A DNA stretch of 64,000 nt from an uncultured delta proteobacterium (lineage in GTDB: Bacteria; Desulfobacterota; Binatia; UBA9968), in contig CAWJZV010000015.1 of assembly GCA_963847445.1 (NCBI GenBank), positions 64,001 through 128,000 on the forward strand. Direction: 5' to 3'. Shown in pieces: positions 22,563-33,273 of this stretch (position 1 is its first letter; each line of letters starts with the position of its first letter). Under the pieces are notes generated by a model, which saw only the letters and a list, made by a program, of their open reading frames with translations, was not told the DNA's origin and made no database searches. The position numbers and the translations under genes were made by a program.

Positions 22563-23588
22563 TTACTTCACCTGTCCGGGAAATATTTTTGCGCCGTAGT
22601 CGCGGTTGACCTCTTTAATCAGGGTGTTGTCGAAAAATCGCCGTGGATCGAGGTCGGCGGCTTTGGCGACCGTCGATTGTTCGAGCACCAGTTTGATCGC
22701 GTCGCCGTCGACGGTCATGTCTTTGTTCCAGACTTTCTTGCCTTCCTGGTAACTTTCCTCGAGCAGTTTGGGGTCGGTGTTCTTTGTGTAGTGGGCTTCG
22801 ACCTGTTTGGCGGCGCGGGGATCGTCGAGGGCGCGTTTGATGCCGTCGAGATAGCCCATCAAAAAGATTTTTAACGTATTGGGATTCTTCTGCATGAAGG
22901 AACGGGCGACGCCGGTGCCGGGGCCGATGATTTTTAAGCCCCGCTTATAGAAGTCGATGATCACCGGATAGCCTTTGCTCTTGGCCATTTCCGTTTGCGG
23001 CGGGGTGACGATCAGACCGTCGGCGTTGTTCAGCACGAATGTCTGAAGGGCGTCCGGCGGTCCCTTGTGGTACAGCAGCTTGATGTCCTTGCCGATTTCC
23101 ATGCCGCGTTCTTTGGCGGTTTTGCGCATGGCGATCTCGCCGAAGGCGCCCACCGAAGTGGTTGCCACCGCTTTGCCGCGCAACCCTTCCAACGTAGTGA
23201 TGCCCTTTTGCCCGAACAGGACCAGCGTGCTTTTATCGACCGCCGCGCCGATGTAGATAACATCCGAGCCGGCGACATTGGCATGAATGGTTGCCGTGCC
23301 GCCCTGGTAAATATCGACCGTCCCCGAAAGCAGCGCCTGAGCGGATGCGGTGGCGCTCAGCACGGTCAGGTTGACGCGCAGTCCGCGCTTCTCGAAGTAG
23401 CCGGCATCGGCGGCGAGGAGCAGCGGCAGATAAAGCGGTCCGGTGGCGGCGATGGCGACTTCGAGCGTAGCTTTCTCTGGCTTTAACGTCGGACCCTGGG
23501 CGTTCGCCGTCGTGGCGATTACCGAAAAGATCAAAGCCGCGGCGCCAAACCTCACTGCGTGTTTGCTTCGAATGAATTGTTTCAACAT
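22563..23588 (-). CDS. ABC substrate-binding protein (NMT1/SsuA-like)
   Basis: Signal peptide, AGYFEKRGLRV, LRGKAVA, FFDNTLI. Confidence 0.88.
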   Translation of the reverse strand: MLKQFIRSKHAVRFGAAALIFSVIATTANAQGPTLKPEKATLEVAIAATGPLYLPLLLAADAGYFEKRGLRVNLTVLSATASAQALLSGTVDIYQGGTATIHANVAGSDVIYIGAAVDKSTLVLFGQKGITTLEGLRGKAVATTSVGAFGEIAMRKTAKERGMEIGKDIKLLYHKGPPDALQTFVLNNADGLIVTPPQTEMAKSKGYPVIIDFYKRGLKIIGPGTGVARSFMQKNPNTLKIFLMGYLDGIKRALDDPRAAKQVEAHYTKNTDPKLLEESYQEGKKVWNKDMTVDGDAIKLVLEQSTVAKAADLDPRRFFDNTLIKEVNRDYGAKIFPGQVK

Positions 23589-23625
23589 GATCGGTCTCCT
23601 AAGTGCACAGCAATTTCCAGTAACG

Positions 23626-24645
23626 TTATTTCGGAATCAAGGTGCTGACCAGTTTAGACTTCGTTGTCGGATTCAGTTTGAACAGATCGTCGACTAGCTT
23701 CTTGACCTCTTCGCCGGTGAGCGGGTTGATGTCGAGGTTGGCTTTCTTCGCTTCAGCGACAAATTCCGGATCGGTTAAGGTCTTGGCGAAGGCGCTGCGC
23801 AGGATCTGCAAACGGTCGTTGGCGATGCGCGGGGTCGTCACGTAGACACGGACGACTGCGGCGGGGTCAATGGCGCCGGCGCGCAGCAACAGTTTGGCTT
23901 CCTCGGTTTTGGCCAGATCGAGAGCGAGCGGCGCGTTGGGCAGCTCCGGCAGCTTCTTGGCCGTCACCTGCAAGACGACGTTCACTTCGCCCGCCGGGAT
24001 CGCTTTCGCCCACGCGGTTTTCAATGTCTCCCAGGCCCAGCAGGCGCCGTGCAATTCACCGGCATCCGCCGCCAAGCGAATTTCATTGGTGCCTTTGTAG
24101 CCTTCGACTAATTGCACCGGCAGGTTGAGAGCGCTTTGAATGATCCGCGCGACGTCGCTGGTGCTGTTGCCCGGACTCAAGCCGCCCAATTTGATCGGCG
24201 TCTTCGACGACGCCCATTGCTCCATGTTGGTGACGCCGCTTTCCTTGCGCAGGGCGCAAACCGGATTGTCCTGCACCGGCACGCCCAAGTATTCGAGCTC
24301 GCGCATGTCGAAGTCGATGCCTTTCATGCCGAGGACGCGGCCGAGAATCAATCCGCCGTTGAACATGCCGATGGACAGCCCGTCAGGCTTGGCGCTGCCG
24401 TGGACGTACTTCGCGGCGATCAGCGTGCCGGCGCCGGTCATGTTCTCGACGATCAATGATGGGTTGCCAGGTATATGTTTGCCCATGTGGCGCGCCATGG
24501 CGCGGGTGTAGATGTCGAAGCCGCCGCCGGCGCTGCCGCCGACGATGACGCGAATGACTTTGCCGCGGTAGAATTCTTGAGCCGGCAAGTCTTCGGGCGT
24601 TAGCAGCGCAAGGAGTAGCGTGAATAGCGCCAAGCGTGGTTGCAT
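23626..24645 (-). CDS. Tripartite tricarboxylate transporter substrate-binding protein (Bug/TctC)
   Basis: FYRGKVIRVIVGGSAGGGFD, HIPGNP, KPDGL, GYKGT. Confidence 0.92.
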   Translation of the reverse strand: MQPRLALFTLLLALLTPEDLPAQEFYRGKVIRVIVGGSAGGGFDIYTRAMARHMGKHIPGNPSLIVENMTGAGTLIAAKYVHGSAKPDGLSIGMFNGGLILGRVLGMKGIDFDMRELEYLGVPVQDNPVCALRKESGVTNMEQWASSKTPIKLGGLSPGNSTSDVARIIQSALNLPVQLVEGYKGTNEIRLAADAGELHGACWAWETLKTAWAKAIPAGEVNVVLQVTAKKLPELPNAPLALDLAKTEEAKLLLRAGAIDPAAVVRVYVTTPRIANDRLQILRSAFAKTLTDPEFVAEAKKANLDINPLTGEEVKKLVDDLFKLNPTTKSKLVSTLIPK

Positions 24646-24803
24646 CGTTAAACCTCCGAATGCGGCTGATTATGTTGGAAATCGCGGCCTTGTCAATGAT
24701 TCCGCCTCGTCAAGTTTACCCCGGCGCATTGCCGCTTGACGGCTGTCGTTCACTTCGCGTAGCTTGTGCTCCAATCTCGGTTGAGCTGGAAAGAGGAATC
24801 TCA

Positions 24804-25835
24804 ATGAGACGAAATATTGTTTCGGCTTTGACACTCGCGGCTGTCATGACGTGCGCGCATGCGGCTCATGCCGCCACCGCATCGGCTGATTTTTATCATG
24901 GCAAGGTGATCCGCATCATCGTCGGCTTCTCGGCCGGTGGCGGTTTCGATACTTTCGCGCGCACGGTGGCGCGCTACATGGGCAAATACATTCCAGGTAA
25001 TCCGTCGATTATCGTCGACAATATGCCGGGGGCAGGCAGCTTGATCGCCGCCAATCACATTTACCGTGTCGCCAAACCGGACGGCCTCACCATCGGCGCC
25101 TTCAACGGCAATCAGATCCTTGGCCAGTTGGTCGGCGCCCAGGGCACCAACTTCGACTCGCGCAAGATGGAGTGGATGGGCGCGCCGGGCTATAACCACG
25201 ATCTCTGTGTATTGCACCAGCGCACCGGTATTACCAGCGCCGAGCAATGGATGGCGGCGAAGACGCCGCTCAAGCTCGCCGGCAGCGCGCCCGGCTCGAC
25301 GACTGACGATGTTGCGAAAGTACTGAAAGAAGCGATCGGCCTGCCGATGCGTCTGGTGACCGGCTATAAGGGCACGGCGGATATGCGCATCGCCGTGGAG
25401 TCGGGTGAGATGGACGGACTGTGCGGGTTTTCCTGGGTGTCGGTTAAATCCACTTGGCGCCGAGCAGTGGAATCGGGACAGGCGATTATCATGCTGCAAA
25501 GCGCAGCCAAGGCCCACGCCGACCTGCCCAAGGTGCCGCTGACGATCAGCTTCGCCAAGACGCCCGAGGCGCGCCAATTGATCGAAGCCGGCGTGCATCA
25601 ACCCGGCGCGATCACTTACGGCTATTCGCTGCCGCCGAACACGCCGAAGGAGCGCGTGCAAATTCTGCGCAGAGCATTTATCCAAGCGGTTAAAGATCCC
25701 GATCTATTGAACGACGCCAACAAGGCCAACCTGGAAATCGCCCCGGCATCGGGTGAAGAGATCGCCAACGCCATCGAAAATATGTTCAAGACGCCGCCGG
25801 CGGTGGTGGCGAAGCTGAGGGAAACGCTGAAGTGA
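24804..25835 (+). CDS. Bug/TctC substrate-binding protein
   Basis: GAGG RBS, FYHGKVIRIIVGFSAGGGFD, NMPGAG, KPDGLT. Confidence 0.92.
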   Translation: MRRNIVSALTLAAVMTCAHAAHAATASADFYHGKVIRIIVGFSAGGGFDTFARTVARYMGKYIPGNPSIIVDNMPGAGSLIAANHIYRVAKPDGLTIGAFNGNQILGQLVGAQGTNFDSRKMEWMGAPGYNHDLCVLHQRTGITSAEQWMAAKTPLKLAGSAPGSTTDDVAKVLKEAIGLPMRLVTGYKGTADMRIAVESGEMDGLCGFSWVSVKSTWRRAVESGQAIIMLQSAAKAHADLPKVPLTISFAKTPEARQLIEAGVHQPGAITYGYSLPPNTPKERVQILRRAFIQAVKDPDLLNDANKANLEIAPASGEEIANAIENMFKTPPAVVAKLRETLK

Positions 25836-25845
25836 TGCGATAAAA

Positions 25846-25914
25846 CGTGAGGGGTGAAGGGTAAGGGGTGAGGCGCTGATCGGTCGCCTTACGCTTCACC
25901 CCTTACCCCTTACG
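25846..25914. repeat. Inverted pair of heptamer arrays (GGTRARG x4)
   Basis: cgtgagg ggtgaag ggtaagg ggtgagg cg / cg ccttacg cttcacc ccttacc ccttacg between convergent stops. Confidence 0.9.
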
Positions 25915-25929
25915 ATTTACTGAGATTCG

Positions 25930-26949
25930 TCACTGCTTGACCGTCAGAATGCTGGAGAGCTTGGCGACAGTCTGCGGATTGAGAGCAAACAGGCTGTCAA
26001 CGACTTTTTTGACTTCGTCGCCGTCCAGCGGATTGACTTCCAGGCCGCCCTTTTTAGCTTCGAGTAGAAACTCTGGATCTTTGAGCGTGTTGGCGAAGGC
26101 CTTGCGCAGTATATCGACGCGCTCCTTGGGCGTCTTCGGCGAGGTAACATAAACGCGGGTAACCGCGCTCGGGGCGATGCCGCCGGCGCGAATGATCTGC
26201 TTGAGATCTTCGGTTTTCGCCAAGTCGAGGGCGAGCGGGACATGCTGCAGGTCGGGCTGTTTTTTCGCCGTCACCTGCAGGATTGGATTGACCTCTCCCG
26301 ATTGCAGTGCTTTGGTCCAGGTCGCGCGGATAGATTCCCAAGCCCAGCACGCGCCGCCGAGCTCGCCACTGTCGGCAGCCAGACGAAGATCGGCCGTGCC
26401 CTTGTAACCCTCGACCAATTGGATCGGCAGATTCAAGGTCGCTTTGACGATGCGCACGGCGTCGCTGGTGCTGTTGCCGGGACCGAGTCCGCCCATTTTT
26501 ACCGGAGTCTTTGCCGCCATCCATTGCTCTACGTTGGTGATGCCGGTTTCCTTGCGCAGGACGCAGGCGACGTTGTCCTGGATCGGCACGCCGAGCCATT
26601 GGAACTGGCGGGTATCGAAGTCAAAACCTTTGGGATCGAGCACCTGGCTGAGAATCAAGTAGCCGTTGAAAATCCCGAAGGTGAGCCCGTCCGGCTTTGC
26701 CGCGCTGTGGATATACTTGGCGGCAATCCGCGTCGCCGCGCCGGTCATGTTCTCGACGATGAAAATCGGATTGCCGGGAATATGCTTGCCCATATGGCGC
26801 GTCATCGCCCGCGTGTAAACATCGAAGCCGCCGCCGGCCGTGCCACCGACGATGACGCGCACGGTTTTGCCTTTGTAGAAATCGTCGGCGCAGAGGGCCT
26901 GCGACGTTATAGCTGCCAACAAGAGAACGCAGACCAATATTATCTTCAT
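25930..26949 (-). CDS. Bug/TctC substrate-binding protein
   Basis: FYKGKTVRVIVGGTAGGGFD; close paralogue of 23626-24645. Confidence 0.92.
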   Translation of the reverse strand: MKIILVCVLLLAAITSQALCADDFYKGKTVRVIVGGTAGGGFDVYTRAMTRHMGKHIPGNPIFIVENMTGAATRIAAKYIHSAAKPDGLTFGIFNGYLILSQVLDPKGFDFDTRQFQWLGVPIQDNVACVLRKETGITNVEQWMAAKTPVKMGGLGPGNSTSDAVRIVKATLNLPIQLVEGYKGTADLRLAADSGELGGACWAWESIRATWTKALQSGEVNPILQVTAKKQPDLQHVPLALDLAKTEDLKQIIRAGGIAPSAVTRVYVTSPKTPKERVDILRKAFANTLKDPEFLLEAKKGGLEVNPLDGDEVKKVVDSLFALNPQTVAKLSSILTVKQ

Positions 26950-26978
26950 GTGAATTCTCCAATTAAAACTTTAGAAAT

Positions 26979-27587
26979 CTACAGGATCGCTTTTACCGAT
27001 GGCCGTTGTTTCATGCGCTCGAACCAAGCCGTTAGTTTCGGCAACGCCGCGCTTGGCAACACACCGTATTGTTCCAGACGAGGAAAACGCGGCAACATGG
27101 CGATGTCGGTGAGACTGTAATCGCCCAAGAAGTATGGCTTTTCGCCAAGGGCGGCTTCGAGATATTGCAGCCTGGTCGCTACTTCTTTTCTGGTTTCAGC
27201 GATGAGCTTTTGATCGCGCTCAGCTTCGTTCTTCTTGATCATCTCTCCGCGCAGCGCCCAGTAGGGTTCGTGGAGAAAATTCAAAAAATAGTCGATCAGT
27301 ATTCTCCCGCGGGCGCGCAGATAAGGGTCTTTCGGCTGCAGCGGCGGGTTGGGATATTTCTCGTCGAGATATTCGTTGATGATGCACGACTCGAACAAGA
27401 GTTGGCCGTCATCGTCGATGACCGGAATCTTGCCGTAGGGATTGCGCTTGAGATGCTCAAGACTTTTCTGCTCCATCTTCCCAAGCTTGACCCATATCCC
27501 TTCCCAGGGGAGTCCTTTTTCCGCCAAGACGATTTTGACACGATCGCAATTGGTCGACGGCACGTCGTGATAGAGTGTTATCGGCAT
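26979..27587 (-). CDS. Glutathione S-transferase family protein
   Basis: NPYGKIPVI, LFESCIINEYLDEKYP, YSLTDI. Confidence 0.92.
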   Translation of the reverse strand: MPITLYHDVPSTNCDRVKIVLAEKGLPWEGIWVKLGKMEQKSLEHLKRNPYGKIPVIDDDGQLLFESCIINEYLDEKYPNPPLQPKDPYLRARGRILIDYFLNFLHEPYWALRGEMIKKNEAERDQKLIAETRKEVATRLQYLEAALGEKPYFLGDYSLTDIAMLPRFPRLEQYGVLPSAALPKLTAWFERMKQRPSVKAIL

Positions 27588-27596
27588 AGGGCCTCC

Positions 27597-27631
27597 AATT
27601 CCATATTACAAATTCCAGATTCCAAATTTCG
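27597..27631. repeat. Left heptamer arm of the four-helix-bundle cassette
   Basis: aattcca tattaca aattcca gattcca aatttcg. Confidence 0.9.
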
Positions 27632-27640
27632 GATTGAACA

Positions 27641-28115
27641 CTAGCTGCGGCGTTTTTGGCCGGTTTCCTCGGTTGCTTGCTTGGCCAACGTCGATCTTGA
27701 AGCCTTTGGCTTGGATACAGCATTAAGATGTTTTTGACCTCGGAATTCGGACCGTTTCACTTGCTCAATCCAGCCATAGAGTTGTTTTGAGATGGATTCG
27801 CAGCAAGCCCTAGAGAGCCGCAATTTGATTTTTATGATTCGCGAAAACCTTTCATGAATAGAGGACGCGGAGCATGGACCGAACTTCTCCTGCTGATCCT
27901 CGAGAAATATAGAGAAACGCGAGTAATTCATTATTGCCGCCACGCTCGAATCCTTCAGCGATGTTATTGGATACCGATCTGGCGGCTCGCTCCAATTGGT
28001 TGCGGAGGCCGTAGTGATGGCGAAAGAGATCGTCACCGGTGAACTCCAGCACTGACTGGGCCAGCCGGGCAGCGTCCTGCCATACTGGCAGGTCTTCGAA
28101 ATGGTGATAAGTCAT
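27641..28115 (-). CDS. Four helix bundle protein (23S rRNA IVS protein / Avd-like family), frameshifted
   Basis: MTYHHFEDLPVWQDA, YGLRNQLERAARSVSNNIAEGFERG, FLYISRGSAGEVRSML; continues CESISKQLYGWIEQVK in ORF 27641-28036. Confidence 0.9.
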
Positions 28116-28190
28116 CGCGGTAAGCAGAATTACAAGCTTCGGCAAGGTGCTGTCAAACGCTTTAATACGCTCGGTTGGGGAGGCGCAGTC

Positions 28191-28232
28191 TCCAATCTGG
28201 AATTTGGAATTTGTAATCTGGAATTTGCAATT
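28191..28232. repeat. Right heptamer arm, inverted relative to 27597-27631
   Basis: tccaatc tggaatt tggaatt tgtaatc tggaatt tgcaatt. Confidence 0.9.
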
Positions 28233-28234
28233 GG

Positions 28235-29150
28235 TCAGCGTGTCTTTCTCGCGCTAACCAGGACCACCGAGCCGATGATCAAACCGGCGGCGAGCTAGTA
28301 CCCGCAGGGCCAGAATTTCCTTGCCAAGAAAGTAGCCGAGGATGATTGCGACCAACGGATTGACGTAGGAGTAGGTCGAGACCAATGGGATCGGCGCGTT
28401 GCGCAGGAGCCAGGCGTAGGCGACGAAGGCAATGGGACCGATCACGGTCAGATAGACCCAGCCGATGGCGGAGCGCGATGAAACTTGCGCGGGATCGAAT
28501 CCGTTCACTTCGCCGACGGCGAGCGCGATGATGAGCAACGCGGCGCCGCCACTGAGCATTTCCATGCCGGTGATGAGAAGCGGGGATGATGGCAGCTTGG
28601 CGGTCTTGCCGTAAGATCGAACCGGCGGCCCAGAAGAGCGAGCCGAAAACGACTACGACGGCGCCGGCAAAACTGTTTGGCGTGGTGCCGTTGGCGCGAC
28701 CAGCCAATCAGCAACACGGCGCCGCAGAAGCCGATGACGATCCCAGACAGAGCCCGCGGCCCAGGTTTTTCTCCGCCGCGCCGGAGGAAGTCGAATAGCA
28801 ACATCCAGAGCGGACAGGTGGCGACCAGCAAGGCGGCCAGACTCGATGGAATGTAGCGCGCCGCCCAGACCACGGCGCCGTTGCCGCCGACGAGTAAGAG
28901 CAGTGCCGATCACCGTGGCGCTGCGCCATTCGTGCCGGCTCGGCGTTGGATCGCCGCATAGTCGCCGCCAGAGATACAGCACAGCGCCGGAAATGATGAA
29001 GCGTGCCGCGGCTGACAAGAAACGGCGGTGTGGTCTCGACGGTGAAGCGAATCGCCAGGTAGGTGGAACCCCAAATCAGATAGACCGCGCTTAACGCCGT
29101 CCAGATCAGTACCGATGAGCTAACGCGCTGAGACGAAGCGGTTGTCTCTG
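28235..29150 (-). CDS. EamA/DMT transporter (YedA-like), multiple frameshifts; start approximate
   Basis: VYLIWGSTYLAIR, AALLVATCPLW, YSYVNPLVAIILG across ORFs. Confidence 0.88.
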
Positions 29151-29152
29151 AT

Positions 29153-29685
29153 TCACAACTGCACGCCTTCATGGCGTAGCAGCCAGCGCTTCAAGTCTAG
29201 TCCGGTCTTGCCGCAATAGCCGCCGAGAGTGCCGTCGCTGGCGACGACGCGGTGGCAGGGGATGACGATCGGAATCGGATTGCGGCCCAAGGCTTGGCCG
29301 ACGGGCGGCTGGATTTCGGCCGTCCCATTTCTTGGGCAATACGCTGATAGCTCCAAACTTCTCCCCATGGAATCCGGCTCGTGACGGCCAAGACTTCACG
29401 CTGAAACGGCGTGAGCGAGGATAGATCCAGCGGTAGGTCGAAGCTGGTCGTCGCCCTGAAAAGTATTCTGCAATTGGCTGCAAACTTGAATTGACAAGTG
29501 ATCTGGCGATCTCGTTGGGCTCGGGATTTGAAAAGAGACTTAGGTCCGGTTCAAGGCGGCCAAACTTGATGGCGCATAGTCCGCGGCCGTTAGTGGCGAT
29601 GTATAGTCGACCCAGCGGCGTGGATATTTCCGACCAGAAGTCGGAGTGTTTCGCCGCCGTTGCCGTCGAGATCGGTCTCTGTCAT
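29153..29685 (-). CDS. ogt: Methylated-DNA--protein-cysteine methyltransferase, frameshifted
   Basis: STPLGRL, EYFSG, IPWGEVWSY, VGQALGRNPIPIVIPCHRVV. Confidence 0.88.
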
Positions 29686-29703
29686 CGGGTTTCCCTCATC
29701 CGA

Positions 29704-30160
29704 TCACTCCGGCGCCATGCCTTTTTTCTTAAGTTCTTCGATGGCACTGGCTGTCTTCGCCGGCGCGTCGACGGCCATGCCTCTAAGGATGTTGGCTCGC
29801 TTTGGTGAACTGGCAGTCGTCGTAGGGGACGATTTCTATGCGGTTGCCCCAGGGGTCGAGGATGTTGAGCCGGTCGTTGATGCTTTCGATGCCGAGTTTC
29901 TCCATCGATCTTCGCACCGCATCACGATCGTCGACGACAAAGCCGAAGTGGCGCTTGGTATCGGCGACTTGGCTGCGGCCGAGAGTGAGCTGGATGAACT
30001 GGTCGCCGAGATCGATGAAGGCGTTGTGTTCGCTCTTGCCGCGCAGGGTGAATTCGAACAGGGCGCCGTAGAATTCCAAGGCTTTATCCAAGTCGTCGAC
30101 TTCGAGGACGACATGGTTGATGCCCAGAGCGCGGGCTTTCTTTTCCGAGTTATCGCTCAT
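29704..30160 (-). CDS. VOC/glyoxalase family protein (3' frameshift)
   Basis: GINHVVLEVDDLDKALEFY, HFGFVVDD, DPWGNRIE. Confidence 0.88.
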
Positions 30161-30439
30161 GACAACCTCCTGGTTTAAATAATTTCTCCGGTAAGGTCCT
30201 TTGCCGCGAAAACCGACTTTGGGTCGAGTCATATCATGAACATCGCTCCGGTCGCTACGATTCGTCATCGGCGTTTGGCTCTTGACGGTGCCTCGGCAAC
30301 TGCCCTATGGATAGGCAAGATGACGAGCTGGCGGGGTTAGCATGACAAAGGGTCGTAAGCGTTTTTTGAACTGATCTCAAGAAGAGCGGATTTCTCGCTC
30401 AACTTCGGGTGAAACGTCAATTGATTCGGAGGAAAGAAG

Positions 30440-31475
30440 ATGCGGTCAATGCTTAAATCAACGTTCGCTACTGTGAGCATCGGCGGTGTTGCTTGCGGTC
30501 GATCAGAGTCTGGCGCAGGCACCTTATTACGCCGGCAAGACGATCACCATCGTGCGCGGCGGCGGCGCCGGCGGTTCGGGGGAGTTTCAGTCACGCGCGC
30601 TGATACCTTATCTGAAAAAATATATCCCCGGCAACCCGAACATCGTCATGGAGTTTATGGACGGCGCCTCGGGGCGCAAGGCGGCGAATTATTTTTACAC
30701 CGCGAAACCTGACGGCTTGAAGATCGCTTCGGCGGGAAACATGATTTCGGGACCGATACTCGGCCTGTCGGGCAGCAACTACGATATCGAAAAGTTTCCT
30801 TACATCGGCTCGACGGAAACCGGCAATCCCTACGTGTTCTTTAGCCGCAAGGTCGGCAACTTCGATACCCTCGACAAGGTTCGTAATGCGCGCGGCTTGC
30901 GCGTCGGCGCTCACTCGGTGGGCCACTCGGTCTACATCACCGGCCGCATGTTCGCGCATCTGTTGGACTTGAAAGAGCCGCGCTTCGTGGTCGGCTTCAA
31001 CGACCCGGAGATGGACATTGCGCTCGCTAACGGCGAACTGGACGGGCGCACGTCGGGCAATATCGATAGCGTCCTCAAAGATCTCCGCGACCAGGTTTAT
31101 TTCCATGCGACGATCTCCAATCCCAAGGGTCGCTTCGACTCGCGCCTGCCGGGACTACCCGACCTCGACAGTTTCGCCAAGAACGACCGCGAGCGCAAAG
31201 TGATCGACTTGTTTCGCGCCTTTCAGGTGCCGCGCTGGCCGCATCATCTGGCGCCGGGCACGCCGGCGGAACTGGTGAAGATCCTGCGCGACGCGATGGC
31301 ACGGACTTTCAAAGATCCCGAGTTCCAGCAGGAGTTCAAGAAGCTGATGGGGCGCGAGCCGTCGCCGCTGACGGGAGAAGAGGTGCAGAAGGTGGTGAAA
31401 GAGTTGCCGCGCGATCCGGAGACAGTCGCGCTTTACAAACTGTACGCCGAGGGCGGCGCGCTGCCGCCGCGCTGA
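30440..31475 (+). CDS. Bug/TctC-like substrate-binding protein (signal-peptide frameshift)
   Basis: YYAGKTITIV, KYIPGNP, KPDGL, PGTPAELVKILR. Confidence 0.88.
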
Positions 31476-31493
31476 GTTCGATTTGACAAATTC

Positions 31494-32165
31494 TTAGCGA
31501 GTGAAGCCGGCGTCGGCGTAAGGTTGCCAGCCCGATGTCCAATCCAAATATTCCAGCCCGGTGAGGCGCTTTTTGTAATCGTAAGCGAAGGGTTCGCGAT
31601 AGGCGTAACCGGGGTAGTAGTAGCGGCAGCCGCGCTCGCGGCTCAGGGCGATGGAATGCAAAATCATCAGGATGCCCAAGCTGCGCTTGGCCTCCGCGGG
31701 ATCGAAGATCGCGTAGATCGCCGAGGTGGCGCGCTCGCCAATGTCCAGGAACGTGACGCCGACCAGCCGGCCGTGGAGATAAATGCACAGCTCCAGATTG
31801 GGACAAGGAATTTCCGCCGGGTTGGGCGAGAGAAAGTTAAACAGTGAGTCGGGAACATTGTCATTGAAGCGGACGCGATGCCGGTCAAAGAGTTTTTGTT
31901 TTTCGTTGTTGATGAATGATGGCCGGACGATCACTTCAATGTCGCGGTTCTTGGCCAGTACGCGCTTCTGGCTGCGGGTTAACTGAAAGCGCGTGAGATC
32001 GACGCGCAAGGGCAGAACGGTATACGGCTTGCCGCCATGGGATGAGGTGCGGTAGCGGACGAAGATCACGCCGAAATGACGCCAGCCCTCGGCCCAGTAG
32101 TGGTCCATCTTGGCCGGCGAGGCTCGTAAGCAGAGAAAATGCTCGTCCTGGTTCGAAGCGGTCAT
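31494..32165 (-). CDS. Aminoacyl-tRNA--protein transferase (ATE/Bpt-like)
   Basis: GWRHFG, LRVDL..F...RSQKRV, SAIYAIFDP...RSLG, YYYPGY, YKKR. Confidence 0.82.
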   Translation of the reverse strand: MTASNQDEHFLCLRASPAKMDHYWAEGWRHFGVIFVRYRTSSHGGKPYTVLPLRVDLTRFQLTRSQKRVLAKNRDIEVIVRPSFINNEKQKLFDRHRVRFNDNVPDSLFNFLSPNPAEIPCPNLELCIYLHGRLVGVTFLDIGERATSAIYAIFDPAEAKRSLGILMILHSIALSRERGCRYYYPGYAYREPFAYDYKKRLTGLEYLDWTSGWQPYADAGFTR

Positions 32166-32339
32166 AGATCGATAAGGCGATCTTGAATCATTAGCCAAGG
32201 CTCGGTCAACTCAATTGGCCAATTCTTTTGGCAACCCGTCCACGAACAAAAGCCGCCAGCGCCACTGACGGCGATGACAATTCCTGCCATGACTGAGCGA
32301 TTAGCAAAAGCGCGGGATCGAATTCACATCCCGCCAAAT

Positions 32340-32375
32340 AAAAAAGGGCAGCCGTCAAGTCAACGGTTGCCCTTT
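32340..32375 (-). terminator. Rho-independent terminator
   Basis: AAAGGGCAACCGT-loop-ACGGCTGCCCTTTTTT on the minus strand after the VOC gene. Confidence 0.8.
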
Positions 32376-32399
32376 AGTTCTAACAAATTTCACTTGTTA

Positions 32400-33200
32400 C
32401 TATTCCGACACGTCGATCAGCACGCCGTCGGGATCGGACATTTGATATTGGCCGAAGCAGCAGGATGCGAGCAGTTTTTGCCGCACTTCGCGCTCCGGGT
32501 TTTTCTCTGGGCGGTTTTCATCCACGGTGTATTGAGGGGCATGTTTCTCCAAATCCGCTTTGAACGCTGTCAGGCTCTCGACCTTGAAACCGATGTGATC
32601 GAGGGCGGGGCGTTCGATACCGGAGCCGGCGAAGTCAGAGATCTTCCAAGGCATCACCGCTAATGTAACCTTGCCGTCGGAAAGATAATGGTTGGGATCG
32701 CCGTTGGGTTTTTCCAGTTCCTGCAGTTCAAATACGTCGCGATAAAACTCGCCGCATAGATCGGGATCGACGCAGCGCAGGCCGATATGGCCGACGCGCC
32801 GTTTGCGCTCTTCGACTTTGTCGGTATAGAGGTCGCGTGCGGTTTTCCATGTTCAGCTTGCGACAGATCGAAGACATTGCCGTTGGGATCGTGCATGCTG
32901 ATGCCGGCGAAGGGGCGGTTGCTCGGCCGATGGAGCACTTGGATTTTAGGATACTTGTCTTTAAGCCGGGCGAAGACGACCTCGGTGTCTTGGACCTCGA
33001 AGCCGAAATGATCGAATCCGGCCTGCCGTCCCGGCGCGCGCGGATTCAAGTTCAACCCGACGTAACCGTCGTGGCAGACGACCGCGCCGCCCGCTCGCGT
33101 TACAGCCCGACCGTTTCATGCCAAAAATATCGCGGTAAAAATCACCTTCATGATCGACGTTGCTGGTGACGATGGCCATGTGTCTCAATTGTGCGAACAT
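32400..33200 (-). CDS. Two-domain VOC/extradiol-dioxygenase-like protein, frameshifted
   Basis: LRHMAI, GFDHFGFEV, HDPNGNVFDL, LDHIGFKVE, DPDGVLIDVSE. Confidence 0.85.
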
Positions 33201-33273
33201 AGCGGGCTCCTTTGCGGGTTAGATTACCACTAACCTAGTTGAAGCGTGAGCAACTTGTCAACCGCAAACAAAC

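Noticed and set aside
27641-28115. Diversity-generating retroelement (Avd-like gene)
   Set aside because: No reverse transcriptase and no TR/VR pair with adenine-specific mismatches seen in the window.
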